From the NCBI GenBank assembly GCA_031268795.1, contig JAIRWT010000001.1, positions 890-64,889 of the forward strand: a stretch of 64,000 nucleotides of DNA, written 5' to 3'. The notes beneath the pieces were generated by a model. That model saw only the letters and a list, made by a program, of their open reading frames with translations. It made no database searches and was not told the DNA's origin. Every line of letters begins with the position of its first letter. Positions within the stretch are counted from its first letter, which is position 1. Below are positions 38,908 to 47,875 of the stretch, piece by piece. The stretch is from Puniceicoccales bacterium. Its GTDB lineage: Bacteria; Verrucomicrobiota; Verrucomicrobiia; Opitutales; JAIRLM01. Made by a program: the position numbers and the translations under genes.

Positions 38908-40302
38908 TCATAGGAGCAGCCAGCACCCCAGCAGGAGGAAAATGTACATTCCAACCGTATCCGTAACCATCGTTAGAAAAATGTAGGCACTTTGGGCTGG
39001 ATCGACCCTCAGTTTTTGAAGAATTCGCGGAATAAGCGCACCGGAAATACCGCACAACGCCATGTTGAGTGTCATTGCCAGAAAAATTGTAGCCCCAATG
39101 GGAACACTGCGGGTTATAAGCGCACACACACTTCCTGCGACGAGCCCAGTAATACTCCCATTGAATAGACCTTTGAACATCTCGCGGAAGAAAATGCCGA
39201 CGGTATCACCATTCTTCCAGTCGCCCAGCGCTAGGCTGCGAATGGAAACGGCAAGAGTTTGCCCACCGGCATTTCCGCCAAGGCTTGTGATCATGGTCAT
39301 GAAAACGGCCAGCAGGGACAATTGTTCAATTTGCGACTGGAACAAGGATACCACGAAAGCGCCCATCGCCGCGGTAATCAAATTAAATTGGAGCCATGGG
39401 GCTCGTTTTGCAACGCTGTAGGTTACTGGATCGTGGATGTTTTCATCGGCACCGGCGCCGTGTAAAATTTGGATATCCTTCGTGGCACTTTCCTGCAAAA
39501 TATCGATCACGTCATCATGGGTGACCATGCCAATCAGGCGGCCTAAATTATCCAAAACCGGTAAATTTTGCAGATCAAACTCCGCCATGATCTGAGCCAC
39601 CTGCGTGCTAGCGGCATCGGCATGACATGCGCCTTGAATATCGGAGTCGAAGATTTCTTCAATTTTTTGTGCACCCGCGGAACGAATGATGCGATGCAGG
39701 GAAACCGTTCCTTTGAGCTTGCCCTCGTCATTGATTACATAGATTACATCCAAATTTTCGTTGTTATCACCGGTGGTGTGCAACGTTTGAATAGCCCGAT
39801 CCACGGTCCACGAGAGCTGTATTTTATTCACGTGCGGGGTCATTACGCCGCCGGCGGTGTTGGCCTCGTAGTGAAGCAGATCGGCGATTGTATGCGCTGC
39901 TTCGCCCTGAAGTTTACCCAAGATTCGCCCTCGGTCATTCGCGTCCAGCTGGCGTACGATGTAAGCGGCGTCATCCGGCTCTAGATTTTCCAGAATACGA
40001 AGCGCCCGCCGATCTTTCATCTGCATGAGCACTTCCGCGGAATCGGACATTTCAGCAATAACCTCTCCCGCCGCACGATCGGACAATTTGCGCAGAAATT
40101 CGGTCTGTTCACTTGCGTTCAGTCGGGCGAGGAATTGCCCAAGTTCATGGGGGGAAGTGCGAGATAATTTAAGCCGATCAAGACCGTCAAAATCGTTTTC
40201 ATAAAGGCCCATCAATTCATCGAAGCCATAATCCTCCCGCACGGCTTCACTTGAAGTTTCCTCGGGCCCATTGGCATCCAAATTTTGTCCCTCTTCCCCC
40301 AT
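38908..40302 (-). CDS. mgtE: Magnesium transporter MgtE
   Basis: N-domain, tandem CBS region (VMTPHV...VINDEGKLKGTVSL; LPVLDNLGRLIGMVTHDDVIDIL) and a C-terminal five-TM domain. Confidence 0.9.
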   Translation of the reverse strand: MGEEGQNLDANGPEETSSEAVREDYGFDELMGLYENDFDGLDRLKLSRTSPHELGQFLARLNASEQTEFLRKLSDRAAGEVIAEMSDSAEVLMQMKDRRALRILENLEPDDAAYIVRQLDANDRGRILGKLQGEAAHTIADLLHYEANTAGGVMTPHVNKIQLSWTVDRAIQTLHTTGDNNENLDVIYVINDEGKLKGTVSLHRIIRSAGAQKIEEIFDSDIQGACHADAASTQVAQIMAEFDLQNLPVLDNLGRLIGMVTHDDVIDILQESATKDIQILHGAGADENIHDPVTYSVAKRAPWLQFNLITAAMGAFVVSLFQSQIEQLSLLAVFMTMITSLGGNAGGQTLAVSIRSLALGDWKNGDTVGIFFREMFKGLFNGSITGLVAGSVCALITRSVPIGATIFLAMTLNMALCGISGALIPRILQKLRVDPAQSAYIFLTMVTDTVGMYIFLLLGCWLLL

Positions 40303-40400
40303 CGTCCTTCGACAAAAGAAATTAGTATTACCACATTAGATTTCAATACAAAAATTTGATAATTGACATTCTTTCAAAATATGTGAGCTTGCGCCACAAA

Positions 40401-40712
40401 ATGCCTACATCCACCAAAATCGAAAAACCAACTAATCCGCCCGATGTGATTATACCTGAAAAAATGGCAATCCCAAAGATGCTGATTAAATGGAGGGCCT
40501 CTTCCATCCTGTTGTGCGCTATTGTTTGCACGTCGACCATCGGATTATTAGCGTGCATAATAGCCATTGCAGCCGGCGCGGCAGCTCCCTTGCAATTTCC
40601 ATTCATGTCAGTATACTCGTATACATTTTACCGAATGGCCATGGCCTGTTTGCTGACGGCACTATTCACCGCATTTATTTTTATTTTTTCCATTGATTGG
40701 GTCAACATCTGA
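40401..40712 (+). CDS. Small hydrophobic membrane protein (hypothetical)
   Basis: ASSILLCAIVCTSTIGLLACIIAIAAGAAAP plus MAMACLLTALFTAFIFIFSI. An antisense ORF also exists here, so coding status is uncertain. Confidence 0.3.
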   Translation: MPTSTKIEKPTNPPDVIIPEKMAIPKMLIKWRASSILLCAIVCTSTIGLLACIIAIAAGAAAPLQFPFMSVYSYTFYRMAMACLLTALFTAFIFIFSIDWVNI

Positions 40713-40733
40713 TGGATTTAAATCAACCATTGC

Positions 40734-42644
40734 ATGAAAATGGCAGATTGGCCTACGATCGAGGTTGGCAAAATGGGCCATTGGAAGTTTTCTAACGTCT
40801 ATGATGTTATTGTATGCGGTGCCGGGCATGCCGGATGCGAGGCTGCTGCGGCTGGATCCCGCTGCGGCGTCCGCACACTCCTGCTCACAGGAAATTTGGA
40901 CACCATTGGACACATGAGTTGCAACCCGGCGATCGGCGGTCTGGCCAAGGGGCATATGGTCTGTGAAATTGATGCTTTGGGTGGCCTGATGGGCGAGAAT
41001 GCCGATGCCACGGCCATACAGGTGCGGATGCTAAATCGATCTCGCGGTGCCGCCGTTCAGGGGTTGCGCGTACAGTGCGATAAACGCCTCTATGCGATGC
41101 GGCTCAAGCATCGGTTGGAAAATTTACCCAATCTGTTCATTGGACAGGGCATCGGTGAGGATCTTTTGGTTGAAGGCGGCCAAATCAAGGGTATTCGCAC
41201 GAATACGGGTGAAGAATTTTACGCCCAGGCGATTATTTTAACCACGGGAACCTTTCTTCGGGGGAAAATGCACATTGGTCCTCAAAAATTATCCGGGGGT
41301 CGGCTGGGGGATTTTTCCGCGGAGGGACTTACTGGTTCGCTCAATTGCCATGGCATTGAGACTGCACGAATGAAAACCGGGACATCACCGCGAGTTTTGG
41401 GAACCTCCATGGATTTTTCAAAAATGGAAGAGCAGGCGGGGGACCGGGAATTGGCCACCTTTACCTTCCGTGATACCCGCCAAGATGGTGTGCCGGAGAA
41501 TTTTCCATTTTTTCCACTCCTCCGCGCACCGGATGACCAGCGTTCATGTTTCATTGCACACACGTCGACAGACACGCGAACGCTGATTCTGGAAAATTTG
41601 CATCTTTCCCCGCTTTACTCCGGGGAAATTGTCGGCCAAGGGCCTCGCTATTGCCCAAGCATCGAGGATAAATATAAAAAATTTCCCGACAACGAAACCC
41701 ATCGCCTATTTTTGGAGCCGGAAGCCATGTGGGGTGACGAGTGGTATATTAACGGCCTCTCCACCAGTTTCCCAATGGACATGCAGCGACATATACTGGC
41801 GACAATTCCAGGACTGGAAAATGCGCATGTATTACGTCCGGCGTATGCGGTTGAATACGACTATGCACCACCGACACAATTACTAGCGTCGTTGGAGTCG
41901 AAAATTGTAGCTGGTCTGTTTTTCGCCGGACAGATTAATGGCACATCCGGCTACGAGGAGGCGGCAGCCCAGGGCATCATTGCCGGAATTAACGCAGCGG
42001 CGAAAATTCTTGGCAAGGAATCTCTTGTCCTTCAGCGGCACGAGGCCTACATAGGAGTGCTTATCGATGATTTGGTGACGAAAGGCACGGCGGAGCCATA
42101 TCGGATGTTCACCAGCCGTGCGGAGTTTCGACTGCTGCTGAACATGGGCAGCGCAGAGGTGCGACTCATTGGCGCAGCAAAGCGTCACGGTGTGCTTCCT
42201 GTGGCGCGGGAGCGAACCATTGAGGCGAAGCGAGATGCCATTAGTCGCGGCGTGGAATTGGGAGAATCGCTTATTCTGCGGGAAAATCAAACCGTCGCGG
42301 ATGCCATTCGCGCAGGCGAGGACGCGAGCCATATACTTTGGAAAAATTTTCCATCCGCCGGCGATGAAATTCAACGCGAAATTCTTTACCGCATATCATA
42401 CGCCGGCTATTTATCCCGAGAGTCCCGACAAATCGAAAAATTGCGGGAAATGGAAAATGTGCCTATCCCGGAAAGGTTTGACTATGATGCGGTTAAAAGC
42501 TTGCGAAATGAGAGCCGGCAAAAGTTAAAGGCCATTCGTCCCGCAAATCTCGGTCAAGCGAGCCGCATCAGTGGCATTAGCGGCGTCGACGTACAGCTGA
42601 TTCGAATTGCCATGGTCGCAAACCGTCACCAATCCGATCAGTAG
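40734..42644 (+). CDS. mnmG: tRNA uridine 5-carboxymethylaminomethyl modification enzyme
   Basis: [69 protein letters not shown]. Confidence 0.95.
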   Translation: MKMADWPTIEVGKMGHWKFSNVYDVIVCGAGHAGCEAAAAGSRCGVRTLLLTGNLDTIGHMSCNPAIGGLAKGHMVCEIDALGGLMGENADATAIQVRMLNRSRGAAVQGLRVQCDKRLYAMRLKHRLENLPNLFIGQGIGEDLLVEGGQIKGIRTNTGEEFYAQAIILTTGTFLRGKMHIGPQKLSGGRLGDFSAEGLTGSLNCHGIETARMKTGTSPRVLGTSMDFSKMEEQAGDRELATFTFRDTRQDGVPENFPFFPLLRAPDDQRSCFIAHTSTDTRTLILENLHLSPLYSGEIVGQGPRYCPSIEDKYKKFPDNETHRLFLEPEAMWGDEWYINGLSTSFPMDMQRHILATIPGLENAHVLRPAYAVEYDYAPPTQLLASLESKIVAGLFFAGQINGTSGYEEAAAQGIIAGINAAAKILGKESLVLQRHEAYIGVLIDDLVTKGTAEPYRMFTSRAEFRLLLNMGSAEVRLIGAAKRHGVLPVARERTIEAKRDAISRGVELGESLILRENQTVADAIRAGEDASHILWKNFPSAGDEIQREILYRISYAGYLSRESRQIEKLREMENVPIPERFDYDAVKSLRNESRQKLKAIRPANLGQASRISGISGVDVQLIRIAMVANRHQSDQ

Positions 42645-42736
42645 ATCTAATTTTTGTACAAAATGGAACTTGCAAAAAAACGCTCTTGCATTTTTATAAA
42701 ATCATTCGCTAAATAGTGTCTTAAGTAGGATAAACA

Positions 42737-44380
42737 ATGGCAAATACACCAAGTAGTACATTAACCTCTGAACCTGTGCAGCCGTCCCCAGGGCCAACTC
42801 CTCCTCCGGAGAAAAGGAAAGCTGGAGTGCGGATGTCGCCGACTACTACTGGCATTTTAGCCTTCGCCGTTACGTGCGCCATTCCGGGACTTGCGATTGC
42901 GTTTATTCCCGGTGCGCTTCCAATGTTTCTAAGCATTGGTGGGCCCGGAGTGTGTGCGTGTTGTGCTTTGATTCTTGGAGCCGGCGGAACGGTCGGGTTT
43001 TTTGCCAGACGTTTTGGAAGTGATGACACGACGCATAATCCACATGATGCACTTCCTCGATCCGATCTTCCGCCGCCTCCTCCGCCACCACCGCCGCCTC
43101 CTCCGCCACCACCGCCGCCACCAAAGCCGCCAACTTCGGGTATAACGCCGCCGGCGTCACCTAGTACTGATCACATAGCGTTTATTAACGCGCGCAGCGA
43201 GGAGCTCAATAAAACTGGACTTACCCTTTCTGTTGGCAAGGATGGCAAACTGCTTTTCCCAGTGGGAGGTGGCTTTCTTGCGCCAAAATCAATTCAAATC
43301 ATCACCGAATTCACCAACGAAGGGGAAATAAGGCGCTTTTTGACATGCAACGATTTGACGGCAGCTGGCTACCTCTCGCATGCTATTTTTAACGATACAT
43401 TAGCCTTGTTTCCTAAGGAAACAGATATTGATAAGAGCAAATTTGCTCCGCGTTCGATAAGCGCTCTGGAGCTTCAAACGAGTACCATATATCAATTTTT
43501 GGGTACAGACGAAACCGCTCCGGCGGCCGGCAATCCATCAACAAGACCTGCGGCTTCCTTTCCAAATGTTGGCAAAGCGCCACCCCCGCTCATCCCGATT
43601 TCCAAATCGACATCCCAAACTACACAAACAGCTACACCCTCAGCTCCAAATGGTGTCGCACAACCGGCACCAGGTACCACGCCGCCGCCGCAACCCGTTG
43701 CGCCCGCAGCCCCAGGGGGTATCACAAATCCGACACCTCCTGCTACCCCGCCAACTCCAAGCGAGCCGAAAAAAAGTCCTGCCGAATTGCTGGGGCTGCA
43801 GTGTAATACTAATGGCAATCTTTGTTATAACGGAGTTGAACTAAACGATACAGCCGGAAACCCAATTCCGGAATCTGCCATTGCCAACTGGACCGGCTCC
43901 TCTGGCAAGATACCAGCTGGTAAAATGTTTTTGGATGATATAATCGCTGCACAATTGCCCGCAACCGCACTAGGTGATATAAAAAAGTACAAATACAGAT
44001 TATATGGAGAGGCAAAAAGTGGCCTTTTAACAGATGCGCAAAAAAGGAAAATCGTAGATAACGGTATAACTGCGCTTACAAAGGGAAAACAACCGACAAT
44101 TTACAGCATGGAAATCGACAATAGTGGCGCAATTCTGCTTTCGGAAAAGATGGTCGGCACTATTCCAAGCACAAACAGAATACCCCTCAAAGACAAAAAC
44201 GGCGATCGGATTAAGTGTAGTATTGCTAATGATGAAGGTAAGTTTTCTCCGCAAAATTTCGCAAAGAATCAGCTTGCTATTATATGTGAAATGGCCCCCG
44301 ACCTATTGGTCGGCGGTGCTGAGGCTGCGCGAAAGCTGATAGATGATCCTAATTACATGAAGCCTTACGTTCCGGCGTAA
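42737..44380 (+). CDS. Inc-like membrane protein with an 18-proline tract and a Pro/Thr/Ala-rich linker
   Basis: Bilobed hydrophobic segment GILAFAVTCAIPGLAIAFIPGALPMFLSIGGPGVCACCALILGAGGTVGFFA (about nt 42845-43007). P18-K-PP follows at 43071-43133. No Sec-type signal peptide. Confidence 0.7.
   Translation: MANTPSSTLTSEPVQPSPGPTPPPEKRKAGVRMSPTTTGILAFAVTCAIPGLAIAFIPGALPMFLSIGGPGVCACCALILGAGGTVGFFARRFGSDDTTHNPHDALPRSDLPPPPPPPPPPPPPPPPPPKPPTSGITPPASPSTDHIAFINARSEELNKTGLTLSVGKDGKLLFPVGGGFLAPKSIQIITEFTNEGEIRRFLTCNDLTAAGYLSHAIFNDTLALFPKETDIDKSKFAPRSISALELQTSTIYQFLGTDETAPAAGNPSTRPAASFPNVGKAPPPLIPISKSTSQTTQTATPSAPNGVAQPAPGTTPPPQPVAPAAPGGITNPTPPATPPTPSEPKKSPAELLGLQCNTNGNLCYNGVELNDTAGNPIPESAIANWTGSSGKIPAGKMFLDDIIAAQLPATALGDIKKYKYRLYGEAKSGLLTDAQKRKIVDNGITALTKGKQPTIYSMEIDNSGAILLSEKMVGTIPSTNRIPLKDKNGDRIKCSIANDEGKFSPQNFAKNQLAIICEMAPDLLVGGAEAARKLIDDPNYMKPYVPA
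43071..43124 (+). repeat. Proline-codon tandem repeat (21-bp unit, two perfect copies plus a partial copy)
   Basis: CCGCCGCCTCCTCCGCCACCA occurs at 43071-43091 and 43092-43112, followed by CCGCCGCCACCA. Confidence 0.9.
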
Positions 44381-44676
44381 CCGATTGAGCAGTGCACAGA
44401 ACTTTGGAAAAATTTTGTAGTACCTGTAGCCATGCACGACGCGAGCCGTACCGGGTAGCACTGCGAAATTTCACAATACGAAACTCAAAAATTACTTGAA
44501 ATTAAACCTACAAATGTGTTGGCAGAACGCATCAACCGGCAAACAGTCCTCTGGAAAAGCAAAGCTAGCTTCCTCCAGTTTGTTAAGCGGCTGATTATAT
44601 TTTTCAAAAACTGAACCGCGAAGTTTAAGGAATTGCCCGATTTTATTGCCCGCGTTGCACGGTTTGTAATCGTTGG

Positions 44677-44928
44677 TCAGGACCCAATTGCGATGATTGA
44701 CACGCGACGGTGCTCACCGTCCCACTTCACATGCCCATTAACAAGAGCGAACAGCGTAAAATCGCGTCCCATTCCAACGTTGCTGCCCGCATGTACTTTT
44801 GTCCCATGCTGTCGCATAAGGATATTCCCTGCCAAGACAGACTCCCCATCATATTTTTTCACGCCAAGACGCTGCCCGCGACTGTCCCGACCATTTCGCG
44901 ACGTTCCCTGTCCCTTTTTATGTGCCAT
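44677..44928 (-). CDS. rpmA: 50S ribosomal protein L27
   Basis: [51 protein letters not shown]. Confidence 0.95.
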   Translation of the reverse strand: MAHKKGQGTSRNGRDSRGQRLGVKKYDGESVLAGNILMRQHGTKVHAGSNVGMGRDFTLFALVNGHVKWDGEHRRVSIIAIGS

Positions 44929-44934
44929 AATCAA

Positions 44935-45249
44935 TTATCCTTGAATATCTTGAATTTCGATTACTGAAATTTCCTGCCGATGCCCCCGCTTCTTATGAAA
45001 TCCCTTGCGTCGCAAGCGCTTAATTACCAATTTCTTTTTCCCGCGCTTATTTTCCAAAATTTTAATGCCAACTGACGCGCCCTCGATGGTTGGCGTTCCA
45101 ATGCGGGCTGTTTCTCCATCGCCGAGAAGAAAAACATCATTTAGTCGAATAATATCTCCAGCAATTCGGCCCTTGAAACGGTTAACCTCGAAAATTGCAC
45201 CCTCGGTTGCACAAATTTGAATTCCCTGCACGCGCACAAACGCCTTCAT
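44935..45249 (-). CDS. rplU: 50S ribosomal protein L21
   Basis: 104 aa immediately upstream of rpmA. L21-like ...KRGKKKLVIKRLRRKGFHKKRGHRQ. Confidence 0.93.
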   Translation of the reverse strand: MKAFVRVQGIQICATEGAIFEVNRFKGRIAGDIIRLNDVFLLGDGETARIGTPTIEGASVGIKILENKRGKKKLVIKRLRRKGFHKKRGHRQEISVIEIQDIQG

Positions 45250-45373
45250 ATGTAGAAAAGTGAAAGTTTCACCCTGGTCTGCGCAAGAGTTTTTTCACTG
45301 AAAATGGTAGGGTTTTCGATTACTTGCACTACAATTCCTACAAGGCGCAAAAAAATAAAAGCCACTTGACCAT

Positions 45374-45401
45374 ACGCTATAGCAGATGGGAATTTTGTCA
45401 A
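45374..45401 (-). promoter_or_regulatory. Candidate sigma-70 promoter for rplU-rpmA
   Basis: On the minus strand: TTGACA (45401-45396), a 16-nt spacer, then TAGCGT (45379-74), about 120 nt upstream of the rplU ATG. Based on sequence match only. Confidence 0.25.
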
Positions 45402-45410
45402 TATGGTGAA

Positions 45411-47726
45411 TTAGCCGGCCCTGGCATAGGACAGCATCGTCGCATGGAATCCGCCCGTCCCATCAAATAATTTTTTCATATCATCCCATGACACCTTACG
45501 GACGCGACTATCGTTGCATTCGTACCATTGGTCGCCGCGTTTTACAAATGATATATAATGGCCGCCGTTGGCAGTCCCGCTATGGGCAACGACGGCATTT
45601 AATTCAAGCACGCAAGGTAACCCACTGGAATTTGTTGTATGTTGACGCATTTCGATGCGCTCGGGAAACGAAAAATAACTTTCATCCTTGTGCACACGGC
45701 CATCCTTGAAGTGCACTCGCCCAATATGTACTGTAAAGCGCGGCGGCGGCTCCCCGCCAATTTTAGTAATAGACACGCATGCAACCCCGGGATCTATTTG
45801 ATATCTGGACTGCTCTTCCTGGCTCAAGTCGTGCACACCGAATTGTTTTTCAAACGCCGCCTCCAAACATCCATCATCCGGCGAAACCTTAATATCATCG
45901 AACCGTTCCACCTCCCCAAATCGGAAGTTGGAGTATACGTGTTTCGGCTGGGTAAGTGATTCCACACTTTTATATCGCTGGTACGACGGAAAAGTTGCAG
46001 CAATCAAAGATGAAATTTCAGGCACTTGCGTGCGACGCGATAGCTTATCCAAATTTGCCACAATATCACGAAGCAAAAGTGTTGGGTCGTCCTGCTGAAA
46101 AGCCTGAGCAAATCCGAGGGTTTCCTCAAGTTGTAAAAAATTGTGCATTATCGATTTCGGGCAGGCGCCGTCCCCGCTTTGCAAGTGTTTGAAAATATCA
46201 TTTATGGCACGCGCAAGCTTTTCAAGTTCGGTACCCGCGGGAATTATTTCGCATATTCCAGCAATTGCTTCACGAAATTGCCTATTTTGAAATAATAATT
46301 GCATCAGCGAAGCCGCATAGCAGCTAGCACTTAAATTTTTGATTCCAACCGGAACTGCTCTCACGACGGTTGCCGGGCGAATATCTTTTGCAGCTGGTGC
46401 AACTACCCGCGGCGGAGCTTTTGGAATTCGCACGCCAATGCTTGCCTGGGGCCGAGGAAGCCCTTTGACACTTTTGCAATATTCCCTCAGTGTCTGCATC
46501 TCATTTAGGGCGCCTTGTCGAAATTCACACGCTTCAAACTCCATTTCCACCGTACTGGTGGTTCGCACTCTATTTGGCGCGAATACATATAAGTCCTTGC
46601 AATTTTTAACATATAGTAGCGCAAAAGTTTCACTGTCCGGAATTGATATGCGAATTTCGCCAACATCATCAATCACAACAGAGCAAATATCGACACATGA
46701 AGAAAAATCAAGACTACCACTAAGGTTTTTGCATCCGACGATAACAACTTCCTCAAGCGCACTGTTGTTACTTGGCAATTTTACGCCTCTAACACTCATG
46801 CAATGCTGAATTTCTAATGACCTTAAATTCGGGCACTCGCTAAGGTCCAACGCCCCATCCGGGCAAGAAACTTTTAGCATTTTATCATTATGGTCTTTGA
46901 AAGTGATGACCCCCTCAACCTCATCGCATTCACAGAATTCCAAAGATGTGGCAGCAACCAAATCCCCCAAATCCATTGGCGAATGTGGATCGGTGGGTGC
47001 AAGAGGAGATATTTCCGTTTCGAACGGCGTTGATTCTGGCGTTACCGGCTCCTGGACGAGACTTCCATCGACTTGCGGCAACATTTGTTCTGAAGGTTGA
47101 ATATCTGCCGTGGATGATACCGGTGAAGGTTGTTCCTGCGGTGGTTGTTCCTGGACAAGACTTTTATCGGGCTGCGGCAACGTTTGCTCTGGAGCTGGAG
47201 TACCTGCCGGAGCTGATACCGGTGAAGATTGTTCCTGCAGTGATTGCTCCGGGATTGCCGTTGATGGTGGTGCCGCATCCGGGGTCGGTGTATGGATGGA
47301 CGGTTGCCGATCTTTCAGTTGTTCCGCCGGGACGGGGGCCATTTTTTGATCAATTTTCGCAAGTAAATTTTTTATTCGCTGTGGTTGTTTTCGTGCAAAT
47401 CTCGCTAATTCATATCCGTCAGGCACGCTGCAATCGACCACAAAGCCTGCCGCACTCAAGATATGCGTGTAAACATCTAATCTCCTACTTCCGCTACAGG
47501 AAAAAAATTCGCCAACGAAGGCGAAAAATAGATTCGCGTAAACACCGACTTCCACTAAAATTTTTATATGCGTAAAAAATCCAGTCCATGATAATCTGCC
47601 AAGAACCTGATGCACATTGACTGGATCGCTCCTGACGGATGCCATCGGAGATTTGTTTGGCGAAGCTTTCACCTGATCAACAACGGAAGAAAGATATGGA
47701 TATGTTTGAACGGCTGGAATGGTCAT
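45411..47726 (-). CDS. Ubiquitin-specific protease (peptidase C19/USP-like) with Cys-containing LRRs and an N-terminal hydrophobic region
   Basis: Cys box GIKNLSASCYAASLMQLLFQN (Cys codon 46320-46322). His box HSGTANGGHYISFVKRGDQWYECNDSRV (His codon 45558-45560). LRR-like LDLSECPNLRSLEIQHC...VVIVGCKNLSG...LYVKNCKDL. Start uncertain (47921, 47813 or 47726); the shortest avoids overlap with divergent murF. Confidence 0.8.
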   Translation of the reverse strand: MTIPAVQTYPYLSSVVDQVKASPNKSPMASVRSDPVNVHQVLGRLSWTGFFTHIKILVEVGVYANLFFAFVGEFFSCSGSRRLDVYTHILSAAGFVVDCSVPDGYELARFARKQPQRIKNLLAKIDQKMAPVPAEQLKDRQPSIHTPTPDAAPPSTAIPEQSLQEQSSPVSAPAGTPAPEQTLPQPDKSLVQEQPPQEQPSPVSSTADIQPSEQMLPQVDGSLVQEPVTPESTPFETEISPLAPTDPHSPMDLGDLVAATSLEFCECDEVEGVITFKDHNDKMLKVSCPDGALDLSECPNLRSLEIQHCMSVRGVKLPSNNSALEEVVIVGCKNLSGSLDFSSCVDICSVVIDDVGEIRISIPDSETFALLYVKNCKDLYVFAPNRVRTTSTVEMEFEACEFRQGALNEMQTLREYCKSVKGLPRPQASIGVRIPKAPPRVVAPAAKDIRPATVVRAVPVGIKNLSASCYAASLMQLLFQNRQFREAIAGICEIIPAGTELEKLARAINDIFKHLQSGDGACPKSIMHNFLQLEETLGFAQAFQQDDPTLLLRDIVANLDKLSRRTQVPEISSLIAATFPSYQRYKSVESLTQPKHVYSNFRFGEVERFDDIKVSPDDGCLEAAFEKQFGVHDLSQEEQSRYQIDPGVACVSITKIGGEPPPRFTVHIGRVHFKDGRVHKDESYFSFPERIEMRQHTTNSSGLPCVLELNAVVAHSGTANGGHYISFVKRGDQWYECNDSRVRKVSWDDMKKLFDGTGGFHATMLSYARAG
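47050..47247 (-). repeat. In-frame tandem repeat, two 99-bp copies (33 aa, Pro/Gln/Ser/Glu-rich linker)
   Basis: The unit starts with tcctggac at 47050 and again at 47149. It encodes ..SLVQE(Q)P...SPVS...PSEQ.LPQ.D.. twice, with scattered substitutions. Confidence 0.85.
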
Positions 47727-47875
47727 CTTACTTTGTGGAAGCTTATGTGGTTGGCATTCTCGTGTAAAGATAAAATTAATATGCAAGAATAATATCGCCT
47801 TTTCAAGGATCATATTTTTATGACGGCGACATTTTGAGGCTTCCTCCGCCGAGGTTTTAAAACTTATGTACCGAC

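Noticed and set aside
40343-40606. 87-aa minus-strand ORF antisense to the small membrane ORF upstream of mnmG
   Set aside because: Both strands give hydrophobic translations. The plus-strand ORF is longer and co-oriented with mnmG. Neither is strongly supported, and only the plus-strand one is listed, at low confidence.
43071-47247. CRISPR-like or non-coding repeat arrays (21-bp unit at 43071, 99-bp unit at 47050)
   Set aside because: Both are in-frame coding tandem repeats without unique spacers. No cas genes are present in the window.
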